This document shows, piece after piece, positions 10,256-19,555 of a stretch of 64,000 nt of DNA. This DNA comes from an uncultured Paraglaciecola sp. (GTDB lineage: Bacteria; Pseudomonadota; Gammaproteobacteria; Enterobacterales; Alteromonadaceae). The notes beneath the pieces are model-generated. The model did not search any database and was not told the origin of the DNA. It saw nothing but the letters and a program-made list of their open reading frames with translations. The translations under genes were made by a program, and so were the position numbers. Where the stretch lies: positions 414,054 through 478,053 of the forward strand of contig NZ_CAXBNC010000001.1 of assembly GCF_963977085.1 (NCBI RefSeq). Direction: 5' to 3'. Within the stretch, counting starts at the first letter, position 1. Every line of letters begins with the position of its first letter.

Positions 10256-10331
10256 TAATCCGATGCGGCTGATAATTTAATATTAAGTTGGAAAAATAAG
10301 TGTTGTAGAGAGCATCCTACTGAATTCATAA

Positions 10332-10925
10332 CGTCTATCACGAGTAAGGCCTATTGCACCTCTACCTGAATTTGGCGATGAAAATTGGCGTGGTCTTAAA
10401 ACCGAATTTACATGGAATGCCGAAGATAACTTTATCGAAGATGTTGAAAAACATGAATGGTGGGCTAAATCCACTAATGTTATGTCCCCTCCACAACTAA
10501 AAGGCGGTGTCTTAGGCTGGCGCAACTTTTTACGTAAAGACAAACAAAAAACCAAAGTGCATCCTGAATGGCATTTACCGGGCATGATAGTTTATGGCGC
10601 GACCAAACGTGCGGTGACCTACTTAAACAAGTCCCTGCAAAAAGAAATAAAAGGCACGCAAGTACAAGTCAATACCTTAAGCCTAGGCATAGTGGTAACC
10701 GACTTGCTAATTGGTGATTACGACACCTCATCGCCAGAATGGCACAAGGTGAAAAAGATTTTTAACATTCTAGGTGACAAGGTTGAAACCGTAACGCCTT
10801 GGCTGGTTAACGGCATACTCGCCACTAAAAAAACCGCCACAACAGTCGCTTGGTTAACTGGCGGAAAAGCCTTTTGGCGGTTTATGAGCGCCGCATTTAA
10901 TAAACGGGATTTGTTTGCTGAGTGA
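10332..10925 (+). pseudogene. Chimeric remnant: unidentified 5' fragment joined to the C-terminal half of an SDR oxidoreductase
   Basis: Open frame from 10332 with no credible start; YGATK catalytic motif and NTLSLGIVVTDLL present, N-terminal Rossmann GxxxGxG absent. Confidence 0.7.
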
Positions 10926-11056
10926 GATTAGTAGCCCTGCATTCTGAGATCTTTTTATTTAAAATATGTCTCATAAGATAAAGAGTTATGCGCCAATACT
11001 GGTGTTTCTGTTAGTCTTTTAAACTGGAATCACTGCCTTTTTAAGAAGAGTCCTTA

Positions 11057-11344
11057 ATGACGAGATGTCTAACCATATTTAATATGGCTGCAGCTCTCGT
11101 TTTAGGCGTATTGTTTGGCTTTTAACTTAAATTGCTCTTTCACTAGATAACTAATGAGACCGATTTAAATCGAGGTGAAGCTATATTTGGTATGGTTATG
11201 ATGTCATATATGTCTTTGTGGGTGGTTGTGCCAGCTTTATTTACTGGTTACAAAGTTCGCATTATTAAACCTTGGCTTGCCAACACGGTTTTAATTCTTT
11301 GCCTGACTCAAGCAGTAATAGTTGCAGGGTCAGTTGTGCTTTGA
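11057..11344 (+). pseudogene. Possible disrupted small membrane protein
   Basis: Hydrophobic MAAALVLGVLFGF then stop; a second frame continues with GEAIFGMVMMSYMSLWVVVPALF...ILCLTQAVIVAGSVVL. Confidence 0.3.
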
Positions 11345-11381
11345 AATATAACAAACAAATTATGTCACAAGGAAAGTAGCA

Positions 11382-11894
11382 ATGAATACTGAACAAACGA
11401 TACTCTTAGCATCATACAATAGTTGGATGAACCAGAAGTTGTTTTCTGTTTGCGAAAAACTAGATGACGATATGCGAAAAAAAGCATCTGGTTTGTTTTT
11501 TAACTCAATCCACGGAACGCTAAATCACCTTCTGCTAACGGATAGAGTTTGGTTGGGTCGCTTTACAAATAGTCCGTTTCAAGTAGAAGGCCTAGATCAA
11601 GAATTGTATGCAAATTTTGATGAGTTGTACCTTGAGCGATGTAAAACGGACCAAAATATAGAAAACTGGACAGCTAATCTTGATCAAGAAATTCTTGATG
11701 GTGTACTTGAGTATAAAAGCCTTGTTAATCCACAACCAAGAAAATACAAGTATTGGATTGCAGTAACCCATTTCTTCAATCATCAAACACATCACAGAGG
11801 TCAAATCACGGGCTTATTGAGCCAGCTAGATATAGATTATGGAGTCACAGATCTTCTCTGGTTGCCTAGCCCAAGTATTCAAGATGTCATATAA
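11382..11894 (+). CDS. DinB/YfiT-family metal-binding protein
   Basis: YNSWMN..L, SIHGTLNHLL..D..W, HFFNHQTHHRGQ His triad. Confidence 0.9.
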   Translation: MNTEQTILLASYNSWMNQKLFSVCEKLDDDMRKKASGLFFNSIHGTLNHLLLTDRVWLGRFTNSPFQVEGLDQELYANFDELYLERCKTDQNIENWTANLDQEILDGVLEYKSLVNPQPRKYKYWIAVTHFFNHQTHHRGQITGLLSQLDIDYGVTDLLWLPSPSIQDVI

Positions 11895-12169
11895 CAAAGC
11901 GTTAATGGCTGTTTTACTGCCATAGCTCAATCAAAAATCGAATATCCTCTATGCTAAAAAATAGCCATTAATATAGCAGCCCATCGAAAAGAAAATTTAT
12001 GATAGGTGGCTACATTAGATTGCAATCACCTAAAAGATAATGAATGATGAGTTTCTCCATGAGATCGCCGAAAAGTAGGCCTTATTCATTTAAGTAAACT
12101 TAACCCTTTTATAGGTTAGAATTTCGAACAACCGCCTCTCTCACAGGTTAGTCAAAAACTGAGTTACGG

Positions 12170-13297
12170 TTGACATACGAATACAAAATGGAAAGTTTAA
12201 AAAGGCACACTATGTTTGTAAGTTTATTCAAAAAGTTATTCGGACGTAATGCTAGTAAAAGATTACCTGAGACCACAGCTAAAAACCAAACGACTTCGTG
12301 TCCTGTCGATACCAAGCAGTCTGTTAAACCCGATACAGCAGAATTAGAGCTTAAAAATAATCAAGCACGTGAAGCGGTGTTGGCAGAAATCGAAAACTCG
12401 CAAATAGAGTTACGCCGCGCAGATGTATTATTTTACGACTACTTATTAAGCACGCCTTCCGAGGGTTTGGTATCTAAGTTAGAACAAGAATTATTGGTGA
12501 AGATTAACCAAGTTCTAAGCACCCCTTCAAGGGTCGTGAATTCATTACCTAAGTTGCCTCATTCGGTAAACAAATTGATGCGTCTTCTCGAATCAGATGA
12601 GTTTGATTTATCAGCATTTTGCGGTGTGGTGGAAAAAGACCCAACCGTAGCCACGCAGTTAATTGCCGTTGCCAATAGCGCACACTACAATCCCAGTGGT
12701 TCGGACGTTTCTGATATTAAACGTGCCTTTACTTTGTTAGGCAGCCAAGGGGTTAAAGAACATGTGTTGCTAGCCTATGTTAAAGACTTGGCCAATGTAC
12801 CAAAAGTTTACTACAAAACATTTGGAGAAAAGATTTGGGTACACAGTGACGAAACCGCAGTTGTTTGTCGTGAACTCGCCAAGCAGCGTGGGTTAGATCC
12901 CGACACTGGGTTTCTTATTGGTCTGGTACACGACATTGGGAAAATATTTATATTCAAATTGATAGTAGATGCATTCAGAAAGTCACACCCAGACGAACAG
13001 TTAGGTTCCTTGGTGATTAAAAAATTACTTCACCAAAAATCGCTACAATTGAGCATACTGATCACCGAACAATGGAAAATGCCTTCCGTTATCATCAATG
13101 CGATCCGCGATTTAGCTCAGCAAGCGAATAATCCAAATGCAACGCCTTATGGTAGTTTACTGATTGATGCTAATTTTATTAATGAATGGCAGTTGTTAAT
13201 TGCCGCAGGCTTGGCGTCAACCGAAGAATTTGAGTTAGCTAAATTGCGCAAACCTCTGTCAGAAGACGCTTGTAATTATATTGCCCAAACCCCTTAG
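12170..13297 (+). CDS. HDOD-domain signal transduction protein
   Basis: LPKLP..V..L, DP.VA..LI.VANS, GLVHDIGK, W.MP motifs. Confidence 0.88.
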   Translation: MTYEYKMESLKRHTMFVSLFKKLFGRNASKRLPETTAKNQTTSCPVDTKQSVKPDTAELELKNNQAREAVLAEIENSQIELRRADVLFYDYLLSTPSEGLVSKLEQELLVKINQVLSTPSRVVNSLPKLPHSVNKLMRLLESDEFDLSAFCGVVEKDPTVATQLIAVANSAHYNPSGSDVSDIKRAFTLLGSQGVKEHVLLAYVKDLANVPKVYYKTFGEKIWVHSDETAVVCRELAKQRGLDPDTGFLIGLVHDIGKIFIFKLIVDAFRKSHPDEQLGSLVIKKLLHQKSLQLSILITEQWKMPSVIINAIRDLAQQANNPNATPYGSLLIDANFINEWQLLIAAGLASTEEFELAKLRKPLSEDACNYIAQTP

Positions 13298-13464
13298 GCG
13301 CAGTGGTTTATTGCAATCTAGCCTTTGTCCTCATGCTTGTCCTTTTGACTTTTAAGCAAACTAATAGTTGAATAGCAAAAATGCACCAATAAGAATTTAA
13401 TTGTGACCGCAAATTTGTACTGGCGCTTACTTCCAAATAAAAAAAGGTAAAGCCAATACTGCAC

Positions 13465-13971
13465 TCAAGGCGCTAAGGCACTCAAAAATTCTAAGCTTTT
13501 CTTAAAAGCTAACTCAGCTTGGGCTTCTGGACTAATTAATCCGTGTTGTAGGGTATTTTCTGGCGCAAAAGAGCCAAATTGCCAATGGTTGGCATTTTCG
13601 ATTACCACGTATTGGGTGTTGGTTGGGAGTTTGGGTTTATTTAAGGCAATTTTTTCTGGGGTGGACTGCAAGTCTTTCGAGCCGGATATGGACATCACCG
13701 CAACATCCAAGGCGCTAATATCGCTGGCTGGATACGAGGCCAAAAGTAACAAACCTTTCATCTTGGTTAGATCCGCGCCTTTGATATATTCAGCCGCGCC
13801 AACTCCGCCTAAAGAATGCCCGGCAATCACCCATTGCTTAATTTGTGGAAAAGCGGCAAGCACATTATCGGCTTTGTTAATGCCTAAAAATGCGGTGTTA
13901 AGTGGCATAGGAACAATAACCGTAATTAAGGCGACACAAGATGCAATTCCCCACGTTAAACTAAAACGCAT
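13465..13971 (-). CDS. Alpha/beta hydrolase (Abhydrolase_5-like), apparently shortened at the N-terminus
   Basis: MPLN.AF, GHSLGG nucleophile elbow, LLASYP, GSKD, I..ANH..FG; ATG preceded by AAGGGA. Confidence 0.75.
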   Translation of the reverse strand: MRFSLTWGIASCVALITVIVPMPLNTAFLGINKADNVLAAFPQIKQWVIAGHSLGGVGAAEYIKGADLTKMKGLLLLASYPASDISALDVAVMSISGSKDLQSTPEKIALNKPKLPTNTQYVVIENANHWQFGSFAPENTLQHGLISPEAQAELAFKKSLEFLSALAP

Positions 13972-14147
13972 AATCTATCCCTTGGACTGACGCTAGGTGA
14001 ATAAGATAAAGATATTTCAGTTTAGAGAAGGTTATTAACTCACCTAACCAATTAGAGAGTTTCTATTTAAGTTAAAAACCAGTTACTCGCGGTAAACAAA
14101 GCTGTGTTAGTTTCAGACTATTAGATAGCAGAACTGCCTTATAGGGA

Positions 14148-15392
14148 TTAAATTCGAAAAGCGCTAGATTTAAGTTTGATATTGTTCGCACTTAGGCCGA
14201 CTTTTTTGGCGACAACTTGCCAATAGCTTACTGCCTTAAGTACTTTGTCATAAATGGCAGTGGCTTGGGTTGCAGTAAGTCTAAAAAAATCAGCCACTTC
14301 AAATGCCAATGCATAATCTAGTCTGTTATCTGTGTCGGTAATATTTAAATGCAGACCTGGTTTGTCCGGATTGGGATTGATGTCGTACGCAGGCGATAAT
14401 ACCCAGCCTTTTTCTGTCAGCATAAAACCGTGATTTCGCAAATGGTCGTCAGTGTTACTGACGGCAATATTAAACACTAATCTACGCCATAATTGTTGCA
14501 AATCAGAGGCGGTTCTTGCGCCTACATTAGTTAAAAATTCAGCCAGTTCTAAATAGCTGGCACCTTCATCACCATCGTAATATTTAAGCTGTGTCATGGC
14601 AGATGAAAAGTGATGGCGAATATCACCTTTGCGGTCAAATCGTTTGGTTAAAAAGGTATGATAAGAAGAGTTCAGGCGCTGAATTCGACATGGTGCCATT
14701 TCTATACCAGCATCCAGTGCCAGCAAATGGCAAACATACTCCCACGCTGCAACATCGTCAGTATCGGTATGATTGGGGAATTTAGCTATCCATAGGCCGT
14801 CTGAATCCACCACACAAGCTTTAGGACGTGCCCCACCTAATGATGAACCTGGTGATATCAACATGTATAGCCACTTTTGATACTCATCACTGTCTATATC
14901 TGGATCGTTTTCAATTTGCATCGCGGCATATTCAATTTCAGCTAGTGATGCAATGGGAGGGGCTGAAAGCCGTTGATTGTTATCTAACCAAGTACCATCT
15001 ACTGCAGACTTAAAGCGTAAGCCGCCCATTCTATTTTGGTCGTGTACACCTAGTAGGTAGTCGAGTTCACTTAGTCGGTCATACTCCCGTAGGCCTTTTC
15101 TTTTTTCAATAGCCGCTCGGCGCTGCATCAATAAACGCCCCCAGCGGTCAGGAGAGGAATCTAAAAAAGCGCGAAAGTTGTGACCACTTTTATCATTATA
15201 TTGATTGCCTCTCACTAGTTCTAACATCGGATCTAGTTTGAGTCGATGCGCAGAATCCAGAAATTCTGCGCTGTAATTAAAGTTAAATACCCCATTATTA
15301 CGCACAGGCGTATATGAAAGTTTTCCCATATGTAATGGCGTTGCGATTGGCGACCAATCAGCATACACCTCAGTAGTAATGCCAGCCATCAT
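14148..15392 (-). CDS. hipA: HipA-family Ser/Thr kinase toxin
   Basis: DSSPDRWGR, GGLRF, SSLGGARPKA P-loop, IAKFP, FLTKRFDR, NTDDHLRNHGF, LSPAYD. Confidence 0.93.
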   Translation of the reverse strand: MMAGITTEVYADWSPIATPLHMGKLSYTPVRNNGVFNFNYSAEFLDSAHRLKLDPMLELVRGNQYNDKSGHNFRAFLDSSPDRWGRLLMQRRAAIEKRKGLREYDRLSELDYLLGVHDQNRMGGLRFKSAVDGTWLDNNQRLSAPPIASLAEIEYAAMQIENDPDIDSDEYQKWLYMLISPGSSLGGARPKACVVDSDGLWIAKFPNHTDTDDVAAWEYVCHLLALDAGIEMAPCRIQRLNSSYHTFLTKRFDRKGDIRHHFSSAMTQLKYYDGDEGASYLELAEFLTNVGARTASDLQQLWRRLVFNIAVSNTDDHLRNHGFMLTEKGWVLSPAYDINPNPDKPGLHLNITDTDNRLDYALAFEVADFFRLTATQATAIYDKVLKAVSYWQVVAKKVGLSANNIKLKSSAFRI

Positions 15393-15691
15393 TGACCTGC
15401 CAACAATTTCGCATCTTGCAATTTACGTCCAACGTCATCATGGGCCGCCAGTTCAGCAAAATTTGTTTCTAGTCCCAATATGCCGAGTATTTTTATGTAT
15501 GCACCAATCGCTACACCGGGATCACCAACAAGGATCTTATTGACCGTTTTAATATCAAACCCAGAACGTTCGCATAACATGGTTTTATTTAAGCCACGGC
15601 GTTTCGCTGCCAGTAGTAAATCATTTCCAAAGGTCTCAAGAATACGTTTTTGTGCTGGAAACAGCACTTGATGTAAATTACGTTTCGACAC
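15389..15691 (-). CDS. HipB-like XRE HTH antitoxin
   Basis: 100-aa HTH protein (LLLAAKRRGL....CERSG....TV.KI..GDPGVAIG.Y); 4-nt overlap with hipA; GTG start. Confidence 0.85.
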   Translation of the reverse strand: MSKRNLHQVLFPAQKRILETFGNDLLLAAKRRGLNKTMLCERSGFDIKTVNKILVGDPGVAIGAYIKILGILGLETNFAELAAHDDVGRKLQDAKLLAGQ

Positions 15692-15811
15692 TAGGACTAT
15701 GTTCCATAATATTGGCCATTAATTGGGATTATAGTCCCTTCCATATTGTTTCCGCAAGCCTTGCTAGGACTATAATCCCAAATTTGGCATTTAAACTGGT
15801 ATTATAGTACT
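15691..15811. promoter_or_regulatory. Two 42-bp imperfect palindromes, candidate HipB operators
   Basis: Boxes at 15695-15736 and 15768-15809, each with GACTAT...ATAGT(C/A) ends; half-site consensus GACTATAATCCCA. Confidence 0.7.
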
Positions 15812-15841
15812 AATTTATAACCAATTAATTCCTTAGTCATC

Positions 15842-15967
15842 CCGTCAAAATCTTCAAGCAACCGGCTTTTCCATGAAAAAACTTCTCGCATTGATTTTGA
15901 GACGCTTGAAATACTTTGTAAGTATTTGGAGTGTGATGTTAGTGACTTATTGGAAATTACTGACTAA
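15842..15967 (+). pseudogene. 3' remnant of a Cro/C1-type (HTH_26-like) regulator
   Basis: Manual translation NRLFHEKTSRIDFETLEILCKYLECDVSDLLEITD*; no start codon and the N-terminal helices are missing. Confidence 0.6.
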
Positions 15968-16173
15968 CAATAGGATATTTCTATAGATGTTATTGGCTTT
16001 GGGCTGCGGTACAAGAATTCAGACCAACGTAGCTAAATAAAAATATCAGGAGCAAATCCTGTTTGCTGCGATCCATCTATTTGAAATGAAAAAAGCTATT
16101 GGTTTGACAATATGCGTAAAAGGTAAAAAACGGACTAAAAAATGGATAAATATAAGATGGATAATTTTAACTT

Positions 16174-16214
16174 TGGTCACAACCTGGTCACAAATTAAAT
16201 CAAGTTGGTAACAA
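16174..16214 (+). repeat. Three direct repeats TGGT(C/A)ACAA beside the tRNA 3' end
   Basis: Copies at 16174, 16185 and 16206. Confidence 0.6.
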
Positions 16215-16237
16215 CTACGGTTTAAAACCTTAAATGA

Positions 16238-16314
16238 TGGTGCACCCGGCGCGATTCGAACGCGCGACCCTCGGCTTCGGAGGCCGATACTCTATCCAAC
16301 TGAGCTACGGGTGC
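16238..16314 (-). tRNA. tRNA-Arg (anticodon CCG)
   Basis: GCACCCGTAGCTCAGTTGGATAGAGTATCGGCCTCCGAAGCCGAGGGTCGCGCGTTCGAATCGCGCCGGGTGCACCA; 77-nt cloverleaf, TTCGAA T-loop, encoded CCA. Confidence 0.98.
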
Positions 16315-16421
16315 TTATAAAATCTAGACTGCCTATTGGAGATTGGGCTTTACTGTACTGAGCTATAGAGTCAGTCAGAATATTTAGCTGCACAAACCTA
16401 TCAACAATATGACGTATTTAT

Positions 16422-16460
16422 GCGAGCGGTGATTCTAATGAATTGTGTCGGTTTTTCCAC
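16422..16460 (-). promoter_or_regulatory. Candidate sigma70 stable-RNA promoter for the tRNA
   Basis: GTGGAA-17 bp-TAGAAT followed by a GC-rich discriminator (CACCGCTCGC) on the minus strand. Confidence 0.5.
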
Positions 16461-16989
16461 TGTTATTTGCTTTTATTCTGGGCTGATGGGGATAAAATGC
16501 CATTACAATTTTTAATTAAATCTACCCTTGGTGAATTGCTGAGATTCTATGATTTTTAGCTTTCCCTAAATTCCCAATAAATATCTAGTAATACATACCA
16601 TTGCTAGATCACTAATTTTATTGTGGTTTCCCGACTTTGTGCAACTTATCCGGTTTTTAAGTTTGTGTTAGTTTTACTCTAGTCATTTTTGGGCTTTGTA
16701 ATGGTTTCTTTGTTTAAAATAGCAACGGGGTATGGATAACTAAGCTTACAATTTGTATATTTATCGGTAAGAGTCTGTATTTCCTTCTAAAGCCATTGTG
16801 CATTTTGTAGTAAAGTACTAATTCATAAAGGTTATATCTTCTAATTTGTATTACTCATGGGCCTGTTTTTTGTGACGGAATTGATAGATTTAAACAGGTT
16901 TGATTGAGATTTAAGTGCTAAAAAAGGAGGTTTTTCGCTAGCCTTTTTTAAGTTTTTCGAATTAATTTTGCAACTGACAATAAGTAAGT

Positions 16990-17442
16990 ATGAAACCTAA
17001 AAGCGGTAAAAAAATTGAAGCGGTAAAGCCAACAAAGCCAGCTGAGGCATTTGTGGCCGATGAAGCCAATCCGGGTAAAGTAGCAAAAGTTAAAGCTAAA
17101 CAAGTTGAAGCTAAAAAAGGCAAATATGGGCAAACTAAAGTTGCCGCTTTTAAACCAAAAGAAACAAGCCCTTCAGGTGAAGACAACAAAAATTCTGATA
17201 AAGGCACCGATAACAAAGAAGAAGAAGAAGAAGAAAAACAAACAACTTTTATTTCCATTAAGCTAACAGACGAGAAAGATAATGCTGTGGCTGGGGAGAA
17301 ATATGAAGTTGAGTTGCCCGATGGTAGTGTTTCCAGTGGTACCTTAGATATAGATGGAACTGCCAAAATAGAAGGCTTTGAAGCGGGTCAATGCAAGGTG
17401 CGCTTTCCAAATTTAGAAGACGACAGTGTTTCTACAAAGTAG
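16990..17442 (+). CDS. Hypothetical T6SS-associated protein with C-terminal transthyretin-like beta domain (candidate adaptor)
   Basis: Lys/Pro-rich N-terminus, E6 linker, then FISIKLTDEKD.AVAGEKYEVELPDGSVSSGTLD..G.AKIEG...G.CKVRFP.L; three tandem stops. Confidence 0.55.
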   Translation: MKPKSGKKIEAVKPTKPAEAFVADEANPGKVAKVKAKQVEAKKGKYGQTKVAAFKPKETSPSGEDNKNSDKGTDNKEEEEEEKQTTFISIKLTDEKDNAVAGEKYEVELPDGSVSSGTLDIDGTAKIEGFEAGQCKVRFPNLEDDSVSTK

Positions 17443-17471
17443 TAATAGATGATCCTTTAGGAAGCCAAGCA

Positions 17472-18926
17472 ATGACAGGAAAAAAAAGCTTCGAGTGTGC
17501 ATCAGGTAAAGAGCATACCTTCGTAGTTAAACTAGCTAAACTAGCACAAGTAGAGCTATTAGACGGTGCAGAAGACAAGTTTTTGCCTAACAATGGTTCG
17601 CAGTTTGTAAACTTAGATCGAGACAATAAGTGGGTGGACAACAAGTCCGTGACTAGCTTGGGGCGGTTAGGTTATAAACCCAAAATTTATGTCAAATTTG
17701 ACTTACCCGGTGTCAGTGAATTTACGCTTAAAGCTATACCGGATGGAAAAAACCCTGCTTATTCTGACGACGAGAAAACACGCAATAGTCTATTCAAATT
17801 TAGTGAAGAAGAAAAAACCTACCAAACTGAAAGTTCTGGAGAGTTAGTTATCAGCGACGCCTTCCTTAGTGTTGGGGGGAAAAGCACGTTTCATTTTGAG
17901 GTGAAAGACACTCAAGGTACAACCCTTGAAACCAAAAAACTCAAGACACTACGTAAAATATTTGTTCAAGAAATAAAAATGACTGGAGATGCGGGAAAAT
18001 CAGCGGCAAGCTCCATTAATACTGTTGAAGCTGAGTATAAAAAACAGGGCTTTATTGTTGAAACATTACCCGAAAAAACCATGCCCGAGATGGAAAATAT
18101 AGGTGCCAGTGATTCTGCAAGTTACAAAAGTGCTGTAAAGACTGCCTACCAAAGCTCAGAGGGCAAAAAGAAAGAGCCCTTTAGTCTAGTGGTTGGCTAT
18201 ACAAGCCACTTAGCTGTCAAGACTAGTGGTAGGCAATTATCAAAAGTAAATGTACCTGTAGGTCCAGGAAGCTCATCCATAACCATCAATATTGCCGGTC
18301 CTGGTAAAACGAATCCGACCGTTAAGACTAAATACCTTTGGCAAGAAATCGTTAGCGGTGAAAGTTGGTTTGAAAGTGCCACATTCGAAGACTCCAGCAG
18401 TTGTGTTGTGACCGCAATAGACGAAAAGTATTGCACAGCTATACCAGTGAATAGCGCCAATCCTCATGCAAGCTCTAAGGTTAAAATTGATGTCAGTAAA
18501 TTACCTCGAGGAACAGGCACAATTACCTTAACGGTGTCTTGGGTAGACAGAATGCGCGCAGGTCTATCTTTTGGAGGCAGTAACCTTATATGTGTCTGCA
18601 CAAAAGCTTGGTGGAAAAATAAAAGCTCGGCACAACAAAACGAAGTTATTATTCATGAGATGGGTCACAAAATTGGTATGGTGCCGGATGGAACCGGAAA
18701 ACTGCCAGACAAAACCGACACCTTTTATGACTCCAGTAAAGGCCATGTGGGCACTCATTGCCATCATGGTATTTCTGCAGGCCAAACTCGATATGATGCT
18801 GCGGCAGATGCCGCCTCGTCTGATTGCGTAATGTATGGCTCAACCAATAGCCATTCAGCATTTTGTGAACATTGTTCAGTGGCGGCTAAAAAACAAGATA
18901 TCAATTCAGGCTGGCCAGCACTTTAA
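17472..18926 (+). CDS. Zinc metallopeptidase (HExxH), candidate T6SS effector
   Basis: VIIHEMGHKIGM, followed by HC, CVMYG and FCEHC; no signal peptide; start moved to ATG 17472 (AGGA RBS 8 nt upstream). Confidence 0.65.
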   Translation: MTGKKSFECASGKEHTFVVKLAKLAQVELLDGAEDKFLPNNGSQFVNLDRDNKWVDNKSVTSLGRLGYKPKIYVKFDLPGVSEFTLKAIPDGKNPAYSDDEKTRNSLFKFSEEEKTYQTESSGELVISDAFLSVGGKSTFHFEVKDTQGTTLETKKLKTLRKIFVQEIKMTGDAGKSAASSINTVEAEYKKQGFIVETLPEKTMPEMENIGASDSASYKSAVKTAYQSSEGKKKEPFSLVVGYTSHLAVKTSGRQLSKVNVPVGPGSSSITINIAGPGKTNPTVKTKYLWQEIVSGESWFESATFEDSSSCVVTAIDEKYCTAIPVNSANPHASSKVKIDVSKLPRGTGTITLTVSWVDRMRAGLSFGGSNLICVCTKAWWKNKSSAQQNEVIIHEMGHKIGMVPDGTGKLPDKTDTFYDSSKGHVGTHCHHGISAGQTRYDAAADAASSDCVMYGSTNSHSAFCEHCSVAAKKQDINSGWPAL

Positions 18927-18967
18927 TTATGTTAAATCTTCAGTTACCACTAGCAAGCGCGGTATAA

Positions 18968-19555
18968 ATGCGCATTCACTTTCACTGTTTATGTCTATTA
19001 TTTAGCTTGGCTACGCTGGCTGCGTGTCAGGCATATTCAACTCCAAGGAGCCATATCGTGGCAAATAACAATGCGGATTTCGAAAATATTGAATTGAACT
19101 CAGATTCTAAAAACCTTTGCTCGCCAGATGTGAGTACAAAGTCTGACTTCATAGGGATTGCTATTAATGTACCCACTGAAGTTGAATTTAATGAAGCAGA
19201 GCCCGCCGAGGACGGCAGTTTTACTGTTATCCCAATTTGTGGTTATTATCAATTAGGTATGAATGAACTCAGCAAAGATTCTGTTATTCAGCTATTTGCT
19301 ATGGACCTAGAAACCCAGCAGGTATACAGAGGAGAGCTGATCGATGAAGATGCGGGCACAGAAGAGCCCATGCCATTCGATGAGCCAGAATTGCTGCCAC
19401 AAGATCTTGAAGGGCAATTACTTTCTGCCTATTTTAATCCCAACTTTACTCGTTACGTCAATTTGCCAACTGCAGAAGCAACGTACAAAATTTTAGTGCA
19501 GGTAGGCCAAGTCAAATCGAACATAGTGGAAATAAAAGTCAATCGTAAAGACTAA
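18968..19555 (+). CDS. Lipoprotein, candidate immunity protein
   Basis: Lipobox LAAC at residues 17-20; acidic body; lies directly downstream of the candidate effector. Confidence 0.6.
   Translation: MRIHFHCLCLLFSLATLAACQAYSTPRSHIVANNNADFENIELNSDSKNLCSPDVSTKSDFIGIAINVPTEVEFNEAEPAEDGSFTVIPICGYYQLGMNELSKDSVIQLFAMDLETQQVYRGELIDEDAGTEEPMPFDEPELLPQDLEGQLLSAYFNPNFTRYVNLPTAEATYKILVQVGQVKSNIVEIKVNRKD

Noticed and set aside
10256-16237. Intact prophage, ICE or anti-phage defence island beyond hipBA
   Set aside because: No integrase, transposase, phage structural gene or att duplication was recognised; only fragments remain.
17218-17235. (GAA)6 microsatellite
   Set aside because: It simply encodes the in-frame poly-Glu linker.
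17391-17471. Programmed frameshift fusing the 150-aa ORF to the metallopeptidase ORF (the track shows a 52-nt overlap)
   Set aside because: The upstream ORF ends in three tandem stops, and the downstream gene has its own AGGA RBS and ATG at 17472, which removes the overlap.
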